A stretch of DNA of 64,000 nt from assembly GCA_045587985.1 (NCBI GenBank), contig JAZNDG010000067.1:22126-86125 (forward strand). Direction: 5' to 3'. Below, piece by piece: positions 42,900 to 51,939 of the stretch; the first letter of the stretch is position 1, and each line of letters opens with the position of its first letter. This DNA is from Eubacteriales bacterium. GTDB lineage: Bacteria > Bacillota > Clostridia > Oscillospirales > CAG-272. The notes beneath the pieces were generated by a model. It saw only the letters and a program-made list of their open reading frames with translations. It was not told the origin of the DNA and ran no database searches. The translations under genes and the position numbers were made by a program.

Positions 42900-44465
42900 A
42901 TGGGAGCGGGAACAAGGCGATTTTTGAAAAACGGGGCCTCCTTGGCGCTGGCGGCCGTCATTATGCGTACGGTTTCGGTCAGCTTTGGCGCTTATGTGAG
43001 TGAGGCGGTGGGGCCCGAGGGGATGGGGCTGTATTCTCTTATTATGAGCGTTTATACCCTTGCCGTTACGCTTGCCACCTCGGGGGTGCAGCTTGCCACC
43101 GTCCGCCTTGTGAGCGAGGCGCTCGGCAGAGGAAAGGAGGGGGAGGCGCGCGCCGCCCTTCGCACCGCTCTCCTCTATGCCCTTGCGTTTGGAACGGCCG
43201 CCTCGCTTATTCTCTTCTTCGGTGCCCCCCTCTTTGGCAGGCTTCTTCTGCGTGATATGCGTACCCTGCCTGCCTTGCGGCTTCTCTCGCTCGCCCTTGT
43301 GCCGGTGGCGACCTCCTCGGTCTTTTCGGGGTATTTTACAGCCGTCCGCCGCCCGACCCGTGCCGCCGCCGTATCCATGGGTGAGCAGGGGCTGCGGATC
43401 CTTCTCACCGTGCTGGCACTCGGCGCTCTGCTTCCGCGCGGTATGACCTACGCCTGCCTTGCCCTTGTCGGCGGCTCGGCCATTGCAGAGGTTCTTTCGG
43501 CCCTCACGCTCGGCCTTCTCTATTTTTTTGACCGCCGCCGTCCGCGAGGGGGCAAAGAGGAGCCCGCCCCCGTGCGCGCACTCTTTGGCATCACCCTTCC
43601 GATCGCCGCCTCCTCGTACGTTCGCTCGGGGCTTTTAAGCACAGAGCATATGATGATTCCGCGTGCCCTTGAGAAGGGGAGCGCCTCGCGCGAGGAGGCG
43701 CTTGCCTCCTACGGCACGCTTTCGGGTATGGCGCTTCCTCTTGCCCTATGGCCGATGGCCATTCTCTCCGCCTTTGCGGGGCTTCTCGTGCCCGAATTTG
43801 CCGAGCGGGCAGCAAGAGGGGCGGAGGGGGAAAACCGCCGCATTTGCGAAAGGAGCCTTGCGCTTGCTCTCGCCTTCGGCCTCCTTTCGGGTGGGATCCT
43901 CGCCGCATACGCCCTTCCGCTTTCCCGCGCCGTCTATGGAACGCGTGAGGTTGCCGTATATCTGGCCCTGCTTGCCCCCATTCTCCCCGTGATGTACCTT
44001 GACCACGTGACAGACATGATGCTCAAGGGGCTTGGGCGGCAGGTCTATGCAATGGCGGTCAATATCCTTGATTCGCTTGCCAGCATTCTCCTCGTTCTTC
44101 TGCTTTTGCCCCGTCTTGGCGCACCGGGATACGTGCTGGTTATCGCACTTGCCGAGATCCTTAATTTCTCGCTCAGCATTCTGGGGCTTTCGGGGGCGCT
44201 CTCCTTCCGCTTTCCCCTGCTTCGCGGCTTTCTTTTCCCTGCGGCCGCTGTGCTGCCGTCCGTCACGCTGGCGCGCCGCCTCATTCCGCCCACCTCGGTG
44301 CCCATGCTCATTCTTTCGGTCCTGCTTGCGATCCTCCTCTCGATTGGGCTTCTCACGGCCCTTTGGCTTCTTTTTGAGAAAAAAGTCCCAAAAAAGAAAA
44401 AAGCCGCCCCCGCCTCTATTGACAAGGGGGTGGGATTCGGCTACAATAAAAGGGAAGTAAAATGA
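42900..44465 (+). CDS. MOP-superfamily flippase (SpoVB/MurJ-like polysaccharide biosynthesis protein)
   Basis: The start is MGAGTRRFLKNG. The protein is about 520 aa with ~14 TM helices. GMGLYSLIMSVYTLAVTLATSGVQLATVRLVSEA is SpoVB-like. Confidence 0.65.
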   Translation: MGAGTRRFLKNGASLALAAVIMRTVSVSFGAYVSEAVGPEGMGLYSLIMSVYTLAVTLATSGVQLATVRLVSEALGRGKEGEARAALRTALLYALAFGTAASLILFFGAPLFGRLLLRDMRTLPALRLLSLALVPVATSSVFSGYFTAVRRPTRAAAVSMGEQGLRILLTVLALGALLPRGMTYACLALVGGSAIAEVLSALTLGLLYFFDRRRPRGGKEEPAPVRALFGITLPIAASSYVRSGLLSTEHMMIPRALEKGSASREEALASYGTLSGMALPLALWPMAILSAFAGLLVPEFAERAARGAEGENRRICERSLALALAFGLLSGGILAAYALPLSRAVYGTREVAVYLALLAPILPVMYLDHVTDMMLKGLGRQVYAMAVNILDSLASILLVLLLLPRLGAPGYVLVIALAEILNFSLSILGLSGALSFRFPLLRGFLFPAAAVLPSVTLARRLIPPTSVPMLILSVLLAILLSIGLLTALWLLFEKKVPKKKKAAPASIDKGVGFGYNKREVK

Positions 44466-44477
44466 AAGAGGAAGAAG

Positions 44478-44954
44478 ATGGAGGCCTGCTGCTTTACCGG
44501 TCACCGCCATCTCCCGGTGGGGGAGGAAAGGGACCGCCTGCGTGATCGTTGTGAGGATGCCGTGCGCCGTGCGTATGCCCTCGGCTGCCGCCGCTTTTAT
44601 TCGGGGGGCGCCTTTGGCTTTGATATGCTTGCCTCGGCCGTTGTCTGCCGCCTCCGAGATACCGAATATCCGGATATCTCGCTGAATCTTCTGCTCCCCT
44701 GCAAAAACCAGGAGGCCAAATGGAGCGCGCGTGATAAGCTCCGCTATGCCGCCATGCTCTCGCTTGCAGATACCTACACCTACCTTGCCGAAGAATATAA
44801 AGAGGGAGTCATGGCCGCCCGCAACCGTGCCCTTGTCGCATCCTCCGACCTCTGCATCGCCTATCTTGTAAGCTATGCGAGCGGCACGGGAATGACGTAC
44901 AGGGAGGCAAAGAGGTGCGGTCTTGAGATCTGGAACCTCGCCTCGCTTGCATAA
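44478..44954 (+). CDS. SLOG/DUF1273-family protein
   Basis: 158 aa. MEACCFTGHRHLP and GGAFGFDMLASAVV match the DUF1273 (YpsA-type SLOG) pattern. Confidence 0.65.
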   Translation: MEACCFTGHRHLPVGEERDRLRDRCEDAVRRAYALGCRRFYSGGAFGFDMLASAVVCRLRDTEYPDISLNLLLPCKNQEAKWSARDKLRYAAMLSLADTYTYLAEEYKEGVMAARNRALVASSDLCIAYLVSYASGTGMTYREAKRCGLEIWNLASLA

Positions 44955-45276
44955 ATTCCGCAATACTTCATTGCCGAAAGCACCCCCACCTTGACGTACG
45001 CTCTGTACGCCGGCGGCGCGGGTGCTTTCTTCACCTGTGCTGCCTCATAGTCGTTGGGCGTTGCAATCACAGATTGCGCCTTCAACTCCTTGAGTCGGGC
45101 ACTTCGCGGCGCGAAAACGAGCCACAGGCGCGTTTTCACTTGCTCACCTCGTCTTGGAACAATTTCTGCTCCGCGAGGCTATTTCGGTAGCACTTCGTTG
45201 TCGGGGCGCATGCTGACTTCGGCGTACGCGTAAGTACGCCGTCAGGGCGCGTATTCGCCCGGCGGCTTTCCAAATG

Positions 45277-45309
45277 AAAAGGACAGAGAAAATTCTCTGT
45301 CCTTTTTTT
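45277..45309. terminator. Bidirectional intrinsic terminator
   Basis: GGACAGAG-AAAATT-CTCTGTCC, flanked by AAAA on one side and TTTTTTT on the other, directly after the stop of the minus-strand ATPase gene. Confidence 0.8.
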
Positions 45310-45318
45310 GGCATAGGG

Positions 45319-47562
45319 TTATTTCTTTGTACACCGTGAGGGATGGCAGGTGAGATATAGGATCTGCCGTTCCTTCCCAAGCTCGCAAAGAAGCGAGAGG
45401 GCGGCGGCAAGATTCCCCTCATCAAGGGTAGCAAAGGGGTCGTCAAGCAAAAGGGGTGGCGGCTCCTTTGGATAGAGCGCATCGGTAAGTGCAAGCCGCA
45501 GGCAGATATCCGCGATCGCAAGAAGTCCTGTGCTAAGATAGGTCGCCTCGTGTGCCTCGCCGCCAGCCGTAAAGGAGAGGGCAAGGTCAAGGTCAAGCTG
45601 CGCCTCCCCCACCTTGCTTGTGAGAAGACGGTCGGTATAGGTCTTGATATGCGCTCTCACGCCGCCGAGGTAGGCCTCCTCATAGGAAGCGCGCGCCTCG
45701 GTAAGAAGCGTGAGCGTTTTATCAAGCGTTTGAAGCCTTTCGGTCAGCGCACAAACGGTAGAGTCACATGCGGCCTCATATTCAAGAAGGGCAGGGAGTG
45801 CGCCGGCAAGGCGCGCGCATTCCTCGGTCCTTTGCCCCTTTTCCGCAAGGGATGCCGTCAGGGCGGCGCGTGCGGCCTCGGTGCGCAGAAGCAGGTCGCC
45901 GGGATCGCTCTTTTCAGCCTCCCCCCCTGCATCCTTGCCCTTCAGATTCTCCGAAAGATGCACGATCTCGCTCTTCAGATCAAGCACGCTCTCCTGCTTC
46001 ATCCGCAGCTCCTCGGTAAGGGTACGCAGGGCCATGACCCGCCGCGCGGCACTCGCATCGGCAGGGAGAGTGGGATAAAGGGAAAGAGCCCCTTCAAGCT
46101 GCTCCCGGAGCGCCTCCTGCGCCTCCTTCGCACGCTCGGCACGCTCGCGCTCCATACGGGCACGCAGCCCCCTCTCGTAAAGCGCATCGATCTCATAAAC
46201 TGTCGCATTCCGTAAAAGACCAAAGCGGACAAAAAGATCCCCCGCCTCCTCCTCGGCGCGCGTGTATTCCGCTTTCCACTCGGCATAGGCGGCGGCCTTC
46301 TCGGCTGCGGCGCGGCCCTCTTGCTTGGCGTGTATAAGAAGCGCAGTGCCACCTATGGCAAGGCATGCGCCGAGCGCAAGCAGGCCGATGGCAAGCGGGA
46401 TAAGGAAGAAGAAGGCGGCAATGCCGAGGGCGGCCGATACAGCCGCCAGAAGGAAGCATGCGCGCATGGCATGCCCGCTGTTTTTGGCGGTGTGCGGCTC
46501 GCTTTCGGCAAAATCGTAAAGTTTTGTTTTCAGTTCATCCCTTCGGCGCACAGCCCTCCGCATAGCGGTGACTGTTTCGCCATCCGGGTATAGCGTAGCA
46601 TTTTCCGATCGGAAAGCCTCCACCTCAAGGGAGAGGCGCTCGGCCTCAGCGGCATCCCTTGCAAGGGCATCCAGCGCTTCGCGGGAGGGTGTGCCGCTTG
46701 GGAAGGCGGCAAGGAGCGCGCGCTCCTCGGTCCTTTCCCTCTCAAGGCGGGCATGGAGCTCGGCAAGGCGGCGCTCGGTTTCCTTCCTTTCGCCAAGGCG
46801 GCGGTCAAGGGCGGATTTCTCCGCACGCAAGGAGGCAAGCGTGCTGTCGAGCGCGGCGGCGCGCTTCTTTTCCTCCTCCATATCCGAAAAGAGAAGCGTG
46901 AGCTGCTCCTCTGCCGCCCTTGCCACCGCGATCTCGCTTCTTACGCGGAAAAGCTCGCGCTCGGCAAGGTCAAGCTGCTTCTGGCCGTTTTTCTGGTTGT
47001 TCTGGGTACGGATCTCGCGGCGCTTGTCTTTAAGGAGAGAAATGGCGCGGTCAAAGGCGGCCATATCGTCCTCCTCCCCCTCGATCCCGCCGAGCTTTGC
47101 CGAAATATCGGCGGTTTTCCCTGCGGTGATGCCGCGGGAGGAGAGATAGGCCGTTTTCATAAAGGAGGGGCCGTCCACCCCAAAGAGGGCACGTCCGATC
47201 TCCTCGCCAAAGGCATCGGTCGGAAGGCCGCTTGCTTCATCGATCACCAAAAGCTCCTCACGGAGCTTCACCTTGCCCGTGCGCTCAAAATAGCGCTCAA
47301 TACGGTATCTCTTCCCCTCGTTTTGGAAGGTGAGCGTGCCGCCAAAGCGGCCGCCCTGCCAGGGCTCGTAAAGCTTTGCCTCGTTTTTTTCAAGAGAATG
47401 GCCCTCCTTGCCAAAGCCGAAGAGCATGACCTTGATAAAGGCGGCGAGGGTGGATTTTCCCGCGCCGTTCGGCTCGCAGATCTCGCAAAGCCCCTCCTTG
47501 AAGGTAAAGGCGCGCTCACGCACACCGCCAAAGGCGGTGATATACAGGGATAGGAGCCTCAT
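45319..47562 (-). CDS. SbcC/YhaN-like coiled-coil AAA ATPase (second paralogue) with a central transmembrane hairpin
   Basis: 747 aa. Walker A is ICEPNGAGKSTLAAFIKVMLFGF. The central hydrophobic stretch is CFLLAAVSAALGIAAFFFLIPLAIGLLALGACLAIGGTALLI. Walker B/D-loop is PPLLLDDPFATLDE. Confidence 0.8.
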   Translation of the reverse strand: MRLLSLYITAFGGVRERAFTFKEGLCEICEPNGAGKSTLAAFIKVMLFGFGKEGHSLEKNEAKLYEPWQGGRFGGTLTFQNEGKRYRIERYFERTGKVKLREELLVIDEASGLPTDAFGEEIGRALFGVDGPSFMKTAYLSSRGITAGKTADISAKLGGIEGEEDDMAAFDRAISLLKDKRREIRTQNNQKNGQKQLDLAERELFRVRSEIAVARAAEEQLTLLFSDMEEEKKRAAALDSTLASLRAEKSALDRRLGERKETERRLAELHARLERERTEERALLAAFPSGTPSREALDALARDAAEAERLSLEVEAFRSENATLYPDGETVTAMRRAVRRRDELKTKLYDFAESEPHTAKNSGHAMRACFLLAAVSAALGIAAFFFLIPLAIGLLALGACLAIGGTALLIHAKQEGRAAAEKAAAYAEWKAEYTRAEEEAGDLFVRFGLLRNATVYEIDALYERGLRARMERERAERAKEAQEALREQLEGALSLYPTLPADASAARRVMALRTLTEELRMKQESVLDLKSEIVHLSENLKGKDAGGEAEKSDPGDLLLRTEAARAALTASLAEKGQRTEECARLAGALPALLEYEAACDSTVCALTERLQTLDKTLTLLTEARASYEEAYLGGVRAHIKTYTDRLLTSKVGEAQLDLDLALSFTAGGEAHEATYLSTGLLAIADICLRLALTDALYPKEPPPLLLDDPFATLDEGNLAAALSLLCELGKERQILYLTCHPSRCTKK

Positions 47563-48620
47563 ATCTCATCCCCCTCTCCGCAGAGGGCGGCAAGCCCCGC
47601 CCGTAAAATGTCCCGGCGCTCCTCATCCGAAAGCTCTGCCGCCATTACACGCCGCACAAACTCTCCCTTGAGGGTCAGACTGCCAAGATAGTCCTCCGGG
47701 CGGACAAGAAGCCCGGTCTTGTCCTTGATCTCAAAATAAAAGTAGGGTGCCCCCAGCATCTCGGTCAGCTGTGCGGTATTCACGCGGCGCGCATCAAGCG
47801 GCAGCCTTCCCACCAGCACCACCCGCACAAGATCCTCGTGTACAATGCCAAAAAGCGAGGCCTTTATACGCTCCGCCACATGTGAAAGCTCGGTCCCCTC
47901 GATCTCTACCTCGAGCACGTGCACAAGCCGCTTTGCCGTACGGAGAAAGCGGGGCTCGGGGGGGGACTGCGCGGTATCCACGATCAGCACACCGCATTCT
48001 CCCGCCTCGTCCATCCCACGCCCCTCGGGCGTGCCGGGATACGCATAGACACCGCGCGCATCAAGGCGGCCTTGGCGGTGGCTGTGAAAGTGGCCGAGGG
48101 CAAGATAGTCAATACCGCGCCCCGCAAGGCGCCCAAGGATGATATCCCCTGCCTCTCCCGCACCCCCCTCACGCACCGTGCCGTGCAGAAGCACCACATT
48201 TTTACGCGCAGGGGCGGGCGATAGCGCATCATACGGGATCTCCTCCTTTGGCGCGATGCCATAGACATCGGTATCGCCACAGGAAACGGCCTGCCACTCA
48301 CTTCCGAACACGGTGAGGTTTTCTGGAAGATCGGCGGTGGGAAAGCCCCCTCCGTCATGGTTGCCGGGCAGACAGAAAAAGCGGACGCCCCTATGGTGGC
48401 GTACCGTATCAAGAAAGCCCGCAAGAAGCGAGGGGCAGGGCGTTGCCGTATCGAAAAGGTCACCCGCGATCAGGACAGCCGCCCCCTCCTCCTCGGCAAG
48501 CCTTGCGATCCGCGCAAAGGAGAGAAGGAGCTCCCCTCGGCGCAGCTCGGCTTTGTCGGCAGAGAGGTGCGCCTCGGTCCTGGCTCCGAGGTGGAGATCG
48601 GCCGTATGGATAAATTTCAT
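47559..48620 (-). CDS. SbcD/YhaO-like metallophosphoesterase (DNA repair exonuclease)
   Basis: MKFIHTADLHLG, AGDLFD, GNHD and GHFH are calcineurin-like phosphoesterase motifs. A 4-nt overlap links it to the ATPase gene. Confidence 0.8.
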   Translation of the reverse strand: MKFIHTADLHLGARTEAHLSADKAELRRGELLLSFARIARLAEEEGAAVLIAGDLFDTATPCPSLLAGFLDTVRHHRGVRFFCLPGNHDGGGFPTADLPENLTVFGSEWQAVSCGDTDVYGIAPKEEIPYDALSPAPARKNVVLLHGTVREGGAGEAGDIILGRLAGRGIDYLALGHFHSHRQGRLDARGVYAYPGTPEGRGMDEAGECGVLIVDTAQSPPEPRFLRTAKRLVHVLEVEIEGTELSHVAERIKASLFGIVHEDLVRVVLVGRLPLDARRVNTAQLTEMLGAPYFYFEIKDKTGLLVRPEDYLGSLTLKGEFVRRVMAAELSDEERRDILRAGLAALCGEGDEI

Positions 48621-48653
48621 GGAAATGCTCCCACTATGTTATATTATACTCTT

Positions 48654-48682
48654 ATTATAGGGGACACGCGGCCGAATGTCAA
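48654..48682 (-). promoter_or_regulatory. Promoter of the yhaO/yhaN-like operon
   Basis: Minus strand: TTGACA (48682-48677), 17 nt, TATAAT (48659-48654). Confidence 0.65.
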
Positions 48683-48743
48683 GCGCCCTCTTGCAAAGCG
48701 CCCTCCCTTATGGTAGAATGAAAGAAAAAAGGAGACGCGCTTT

Positions 48744-49397
48744 ATGATACGCACGGTGTTTTTAGATCTTGACGGTACCCTGACCGATTCCCGCCGCGGG
48801 ATCCTTTGCGGCGCGTCCTACGCGCTTGGGGCGCTTGGTATTTCGGTTCCGCCGGACGAGGTGACCACCGAGTTCATCGGTCCTCCGCTTTACGATTCCT
48901 TCCGCAAGTATTACGGCCTTTCGGATGCGGATGCCCGCCGTGCCGTTTCTCTCTACCGGGAGTATTACAGCAAGGAGGGGCTTTTTGAAAACGAGGTCTA
49001 TCCCGGCGTGCCCGAGATGCTTGCCGCCCTTAAAGGCGCAGGCCTTTCGCTTTATCTTGCCACCGGCAAGCCCCATCCGTATGCGCGGCGCATCATCACC
49101 CATTTTGGGTTGGACAGCTGCCTTGACGGTGTCTTCGGCGCCGAGTTTGACGGAACGCACGGCGACAAGGCCGATCTGCTTGCTTACGCACTTCGGGAGC
49201 TGGATATTTCCCCTTCGGATGCCCTGATGGTGGGCGACCGCCGCTTTGATATGGAGGGGGCACTTCGTGTCGAAATGACCCCCATCGGCGCGCTTTGGGG
49301 GTACGGTGACAGGGGTGAGCTCACCTCGGCCGGTGGCCGCCTTCTTGCAAAAAGCCCGCAGGAAGCAACGGCGCTGATCCTCTCGCTCCTCAAATAA
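48744..49397 (+). CDS. HAD-superfamily phosphatase (PGP-like)
   Basis: MIRTVFLDLDGTLTDS and VGDRRFDMEG. Confidence 0.75.
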   Translation: MIRTVFLDLDGTLTDSRRGILCGASYALGALGISVPPDEVTTEFIGPPLYDSFRKYYGLSDADARRAVSLYREYYSKEGLFENEVYPGVPEMLAALKGAGLSLYLATGKPHPYARRIITHFGLDSCLDGVFGAEFDGTHGDKADLLAYALRELDISPSDALMVGDRRFDMEGALRVEMTPIGALWGYGDRGELTSAGGRLLAKSPQEATALILSLLK

Positions 49398-49421
49398 AAA
49401 CGCCCCACAGGGCGTGTTTTC

Positions 49422-50369
49422 TTATATGAGCGGTAAAAGAAGCACCATCAGGGGGATGGTCAGGGCCGAAAGAAGGGTACCGAGCAGAACGCTTCCCGCC
49501 GCTGTTTCCTGCCCCTCTCCGAGCAGCTCCGAGAAATTCTGCACGATCGCCGCGATCGGGCAGGCCGAGAGAATGTAGATCGCCGCGGCAAGATCGCGGC
49601 TGATGGGCAGGACGAGGAGAAAGCCGAGCATAAGAAGTGGGCAAAGCAGCTGCTTGACGGCCACAATGGCATAGAGCATCGGATGGCCGAATACCGCGCG
49701 GGGCGAGATAAGCGCAAGCCGCATACCGAGGATGATCATGCAGATCGGGGTGGACATGCGGGAAAGCACCGCGATCATATCGTCAAGCATCGGGGTGATA
49801 AGGGCGCCCGGGGTTGTGGCCGTAAAGAAGAAGGGCAGGGCGGCAAGCACGCCGAGGGTGGCGGGATTGAATATGATCTTTCTGATGCTGACGTAGCGGC
49901 GGTCGCGCGAGATGACGGCACAGCCGAGGGTAAAGGCCACCATGTTGAGCGAGAGGGCGCAGATGGCGGCGGCCGCAGGCGCGTTTTCCGAGCCGGGCAG
50001 CAGCATTTCAAGGATCGGGATGCCCATAAAGCCGTAGTTGCCAAAGGCAGAGGCGAGGGTGTAGATGCGGTAACGCGTATCCTTCTGTGAGCGCTTGCGG
50101 AAAAGAAAGAAGAAAAGCCCGATCAGCCCTACATGAAAAAGGGTGCTGAGGAGAAAGGTGATGCCCATTTCAAGAAGCAGGGCGGGGGTATAGGTCAGCT
50201 TCAGCATGGTGTGCATCATAAGGGCAGGCTGGCTGACGTACACAAGGAGCTTGGTGATCGGCGTGATGCCCTCCGCCCCAAGCAGGCGGGTCTTGATAAA
50301 TAAAAAGCCGGGCACGGCGTAAAGGAGCATCATCGCCATCGTGACAAAGGCGGTCAGCATGGTCTGCAT
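49422..50369 (-). CDS. AEC-family (auxin efflux carrier-like) transporter
   Basis: I chose the start MQTMLTAFVT at 50369 (GAGGTG upstream). The protein is ~315 aa with ~10 TM helices and an AEC-like N-terminus. Confidence 0.65.
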   Translation of the reverse strand: MQTMLTAFVTMAMMLLYAVPGFLFIKTRLLGAEGITPITKLLVYVSQPALMMHTMLKLTYTPALLLEMGITFLLSTLFHVGLIGLFFFLFRKRSQKDTRYRIYTLASAFGNYGFMGIPILEMLLPGSENAPAAAAICALSLNMVAFTLGCAVISRDRRYVSIRKIIFNPATLGVLAALPFFFTATTPGALITPMLDDMIAVLSRMSTPICMIILGMRLALISPRAVFGHPMLYAIVAVKQLLCPLLMLGFLLVLPISRDLAAAIYILSACPIAAIVQNFSELLGEGQETAAGSVLLGTLLSALTIPLMVLLLPLI

Positions 50370-50468
50370 AGGACACCTCAAAAAAGCATTTGATAGGGCA
50401 AGTATAGCATAAATCGCGCTTTGCGGCAAGCGCTTTTCAAAAAGAAAGGAAAAAATGTAAAAAACCAC

Positions 50469-50497
50469 TTGACAAACGAAAGAGAAGGTTGTATAAT
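50469..50497 (+). promoter_or_regulatory. Promoter of rplJL
   Basis: TTGACA (50469-50474), 17 nt, TATAAT (50492-50497): perfect consensus. Confidence 0.75.
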
Positions 50498-50504
50498 ACT
50501 TACG

Positions 50505-50644
50505 CTATCCTAAGACAGCAGGTTCCCGTAAAAGTGCTATGCACCATCCTGCCGAGGAGAAAATGAAGAGTGTTTGCTTTCCTTTTTCTTTCGGCATGCG
50601 TAGCCGTGGGAAAAGGATTTTATTTTTTACGGAGGTTAAACGAA
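50505..50644 (+). promoter_or_regulatory. Probable ribosomal protein L10 leader (autoregulatory attenuator)
   Basis: A ~140-nt structured leader lies between the promoter and the rplJ RBS. It includes a stem-loop (CAGCAGG/CCTGCCG). A terminator-like hairpin followed by GATTTTATTTTTT sits just before ACGGAGG. Position and layout fit the Firmicutes L10 leader. No covariance model could be run. Confidence 0.5.
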
Positions 50645-51160
50645 ATGCCCAGTCAGAAGATTCTTGCCGCAAAGCAGGAAGCGGTTGCATCGCTGGCCGC
50701 CAAGATCCGTACTGCCACGGCCGGTGTGCTTGTGAAGTACGAAGGCATTACCGTCGAGGACGATACCAAGCTCCGCGCCGCGCTTCGCGCCGCAGGGGTT
50801 GAGTACACCGTTCTGAAGAACTCCATCACCGGCCGCGCCTGTGATGAGGTTGGCTTCGGCGCTCTTAAGGAGCACCTCGTTGGTATGACCGCGCTTGCAA
50901 TCAGCCAGAACGATCCCGTTGCCGCCGCCAAGATCATGAAGGAATATGCCGACAAGATCGAGTCCTTCGAGATCAAAGCAGGCTTCGTGGAAGGTGAAGT
51001 GCTTGAGCAGAACGGCGTTATGGCTCTTGCCGAGATTCCCTCGCGCGAGGTTCTCATTGCCAGAATGCTTGGCAGCATGATGTCGCCGCTCTACGCCTTT
51101 GCCCGCGTTCTTCAGGCAAAGATCGACAAGGACACCGAGGGTGCCCCTGCCGAGGCCTGA
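50645..51160 (+). CDS. rplJ: 50S ribosomal protein L10
   Basis: The start MPSQKILAAKQEAV follows GGAGG. The sequence includes VKYEGITVEDDTKLRAALRAAGVEYTVLKN. Confidence 0.9.
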   Translation: MPSQKILAAKQEAVASLAAKIRTATAGVLVKYEGITVEDDTKLRAALRAAGVEYTVLKNSITGRACDEVGFGALKEHLVGMTALAISQNDPVAAAKIMKEYADKIESFEIKAGFVEGEVLEQNGVMALAEIPSREVLIARMLGSMMSPLYAFARVLQAKIDKDTEGAPAEA

Positions 51161-51243
51161 TCGCACATCCCACATCGCAAAGATCCAAAACAAAAAACAA
51201 AAATTTAAAAGAAAGAACGATTTTAATCGGAGGTTAATTTATC

Positions 51244-51621
51244 ATGGCTAGCGAAAAAATCACCCAGATTCTCGAAGAAGTGAAGGCTCTTACCATCCTT
51301 GAGCTTGCTGACCTTGTCAAGGCTCTTGAAGAGGAGTTCGGCGTTAGCGCTGCTCCTGTTGCCGTTGCCGGCGCCGCTGTTGCTGCTGCCGCTCCCGCCG
51401 CTGAGGAGAAGACCGAGTTTGACGTCATCCTCAAGGCCTTTGGCGACAAGAAGCTTGACGTTATCAAGGCGATCCGTAACATCACGGGTCTCGGCCTGAA
51501 GGAAGCGAAGGACCTCGTTGAGGGCGCTCCCAAGACTGTTAAGGAAGGCGTTACCAAGGAAGAGGCCGACAAGGTTGCCGAGGAGCTTAAGGCTGCCGGC
51601 GCCGAGGTCGAAATCAAGTAA
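51244..51621 (+). CDS. rplL: 50S ribosomal protein L7/L12
   Basis: 125 aa with [17 protein letters not shown], an Ala-rich hinge, and [29 protein letters not shown]. Confidence 0.95.
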   Translation: MASEKITQILEEVKALTILELADLVKALEEEFGVSAAPVAVAGAAVAAAAPAAEEKTEFDVILKAFGDKKLDVIKAIRNITGLGLKEAKDLVEGAPKTVKEGVTKEEADKVAEELKAAGAEVEIK

Positions 51622-51649
51622 TTTTCGCGGACAGAAATTGTCTGAACGC

Positions 51650-51682
51650 AAAAAACCACCTGCTGCGGCAGGTGCTTTTTTG
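51650..51682 (+). terminator. Intrinsic terminator of rplL
   Basis: CACCTGC-TGCG-GCAGGTG followed by CTTTTTTG. Confidence 0.8.
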
Positions 51683-51772
51683 CTTGCATCAGATTCCCTC
51701 CGATACTCGGCTTGACGTATGAGATATACGCCTGCGCCTGCGTTTCTCGGCTATCTTCGCCCAAGACAATTT
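51663..51772 (+). repeat. ~110-bp dispersed repeat, copy 1 (begins inside the rplL terminator)
   Basis: The unit CTGCGGCAGGTGCTTTTTTGCTTGC....GATTCCCTCCGATACTCGGCTTGACGTATGAGATATACGCCTGCGCCTG(C/T)GTTTCTCGGCTATCTTCGCCCAAGACAATTT is nearly identical to 51824-51933. It is bracketed by the inverted repeats ATTTTCGCGGACAGAAATTGTCTG (51621-51644) and CAAGACAATTTCTGTCGCGCGAAAAT (51762-51787). Confidence 0.9.
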
Positions 51773-51823
51773 CTGTCGCGCGAAAATCCTTCGTATGGGC
51801 AGAGGGGCCCCTACCCCCCCTTT

Positions 51824-51933
51824 CTGCGGCAGGTGCTTTTTTTGCTTGCTCTGGATTCCCTCCGATACTCGGCTTGACGTATGAGATATACGCCTGCGCC
51901 TGTGTTTCTCGGCTATCTTCGCCCAAGACAATT
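51824..51933 (+). repeat. ~110-bp dispersed repeat, copy 2
   Basis: Same unit as 51663-51772, offset by 161 bp. The differences are a 4-nt patch (ATCA vs TCTG), one C/T change and one extra T. Confidence 0.9.
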
Positions 51934-51939
51934 TTTTTC

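Noticed and set aside
6603-45197. Recurrence of the 8-mer GCACTTCG (near 6603, 45098 and 45190) as a possible shared motif.
   Set aside because: About two occurrences of any 8-mer are expected by chance in 64 kb on both strands, and the flanking sequence does not align.
51663-51933. Possible CRISPR array or tandem-repeat locus after rplL.
   Set aside because: There are only two copies of a ~110-bp unit with a 51-bp unrelated spacer, no short regular repeat-spacer periodicity, and no cas genes. It is reported instead as a dispersed repeat.
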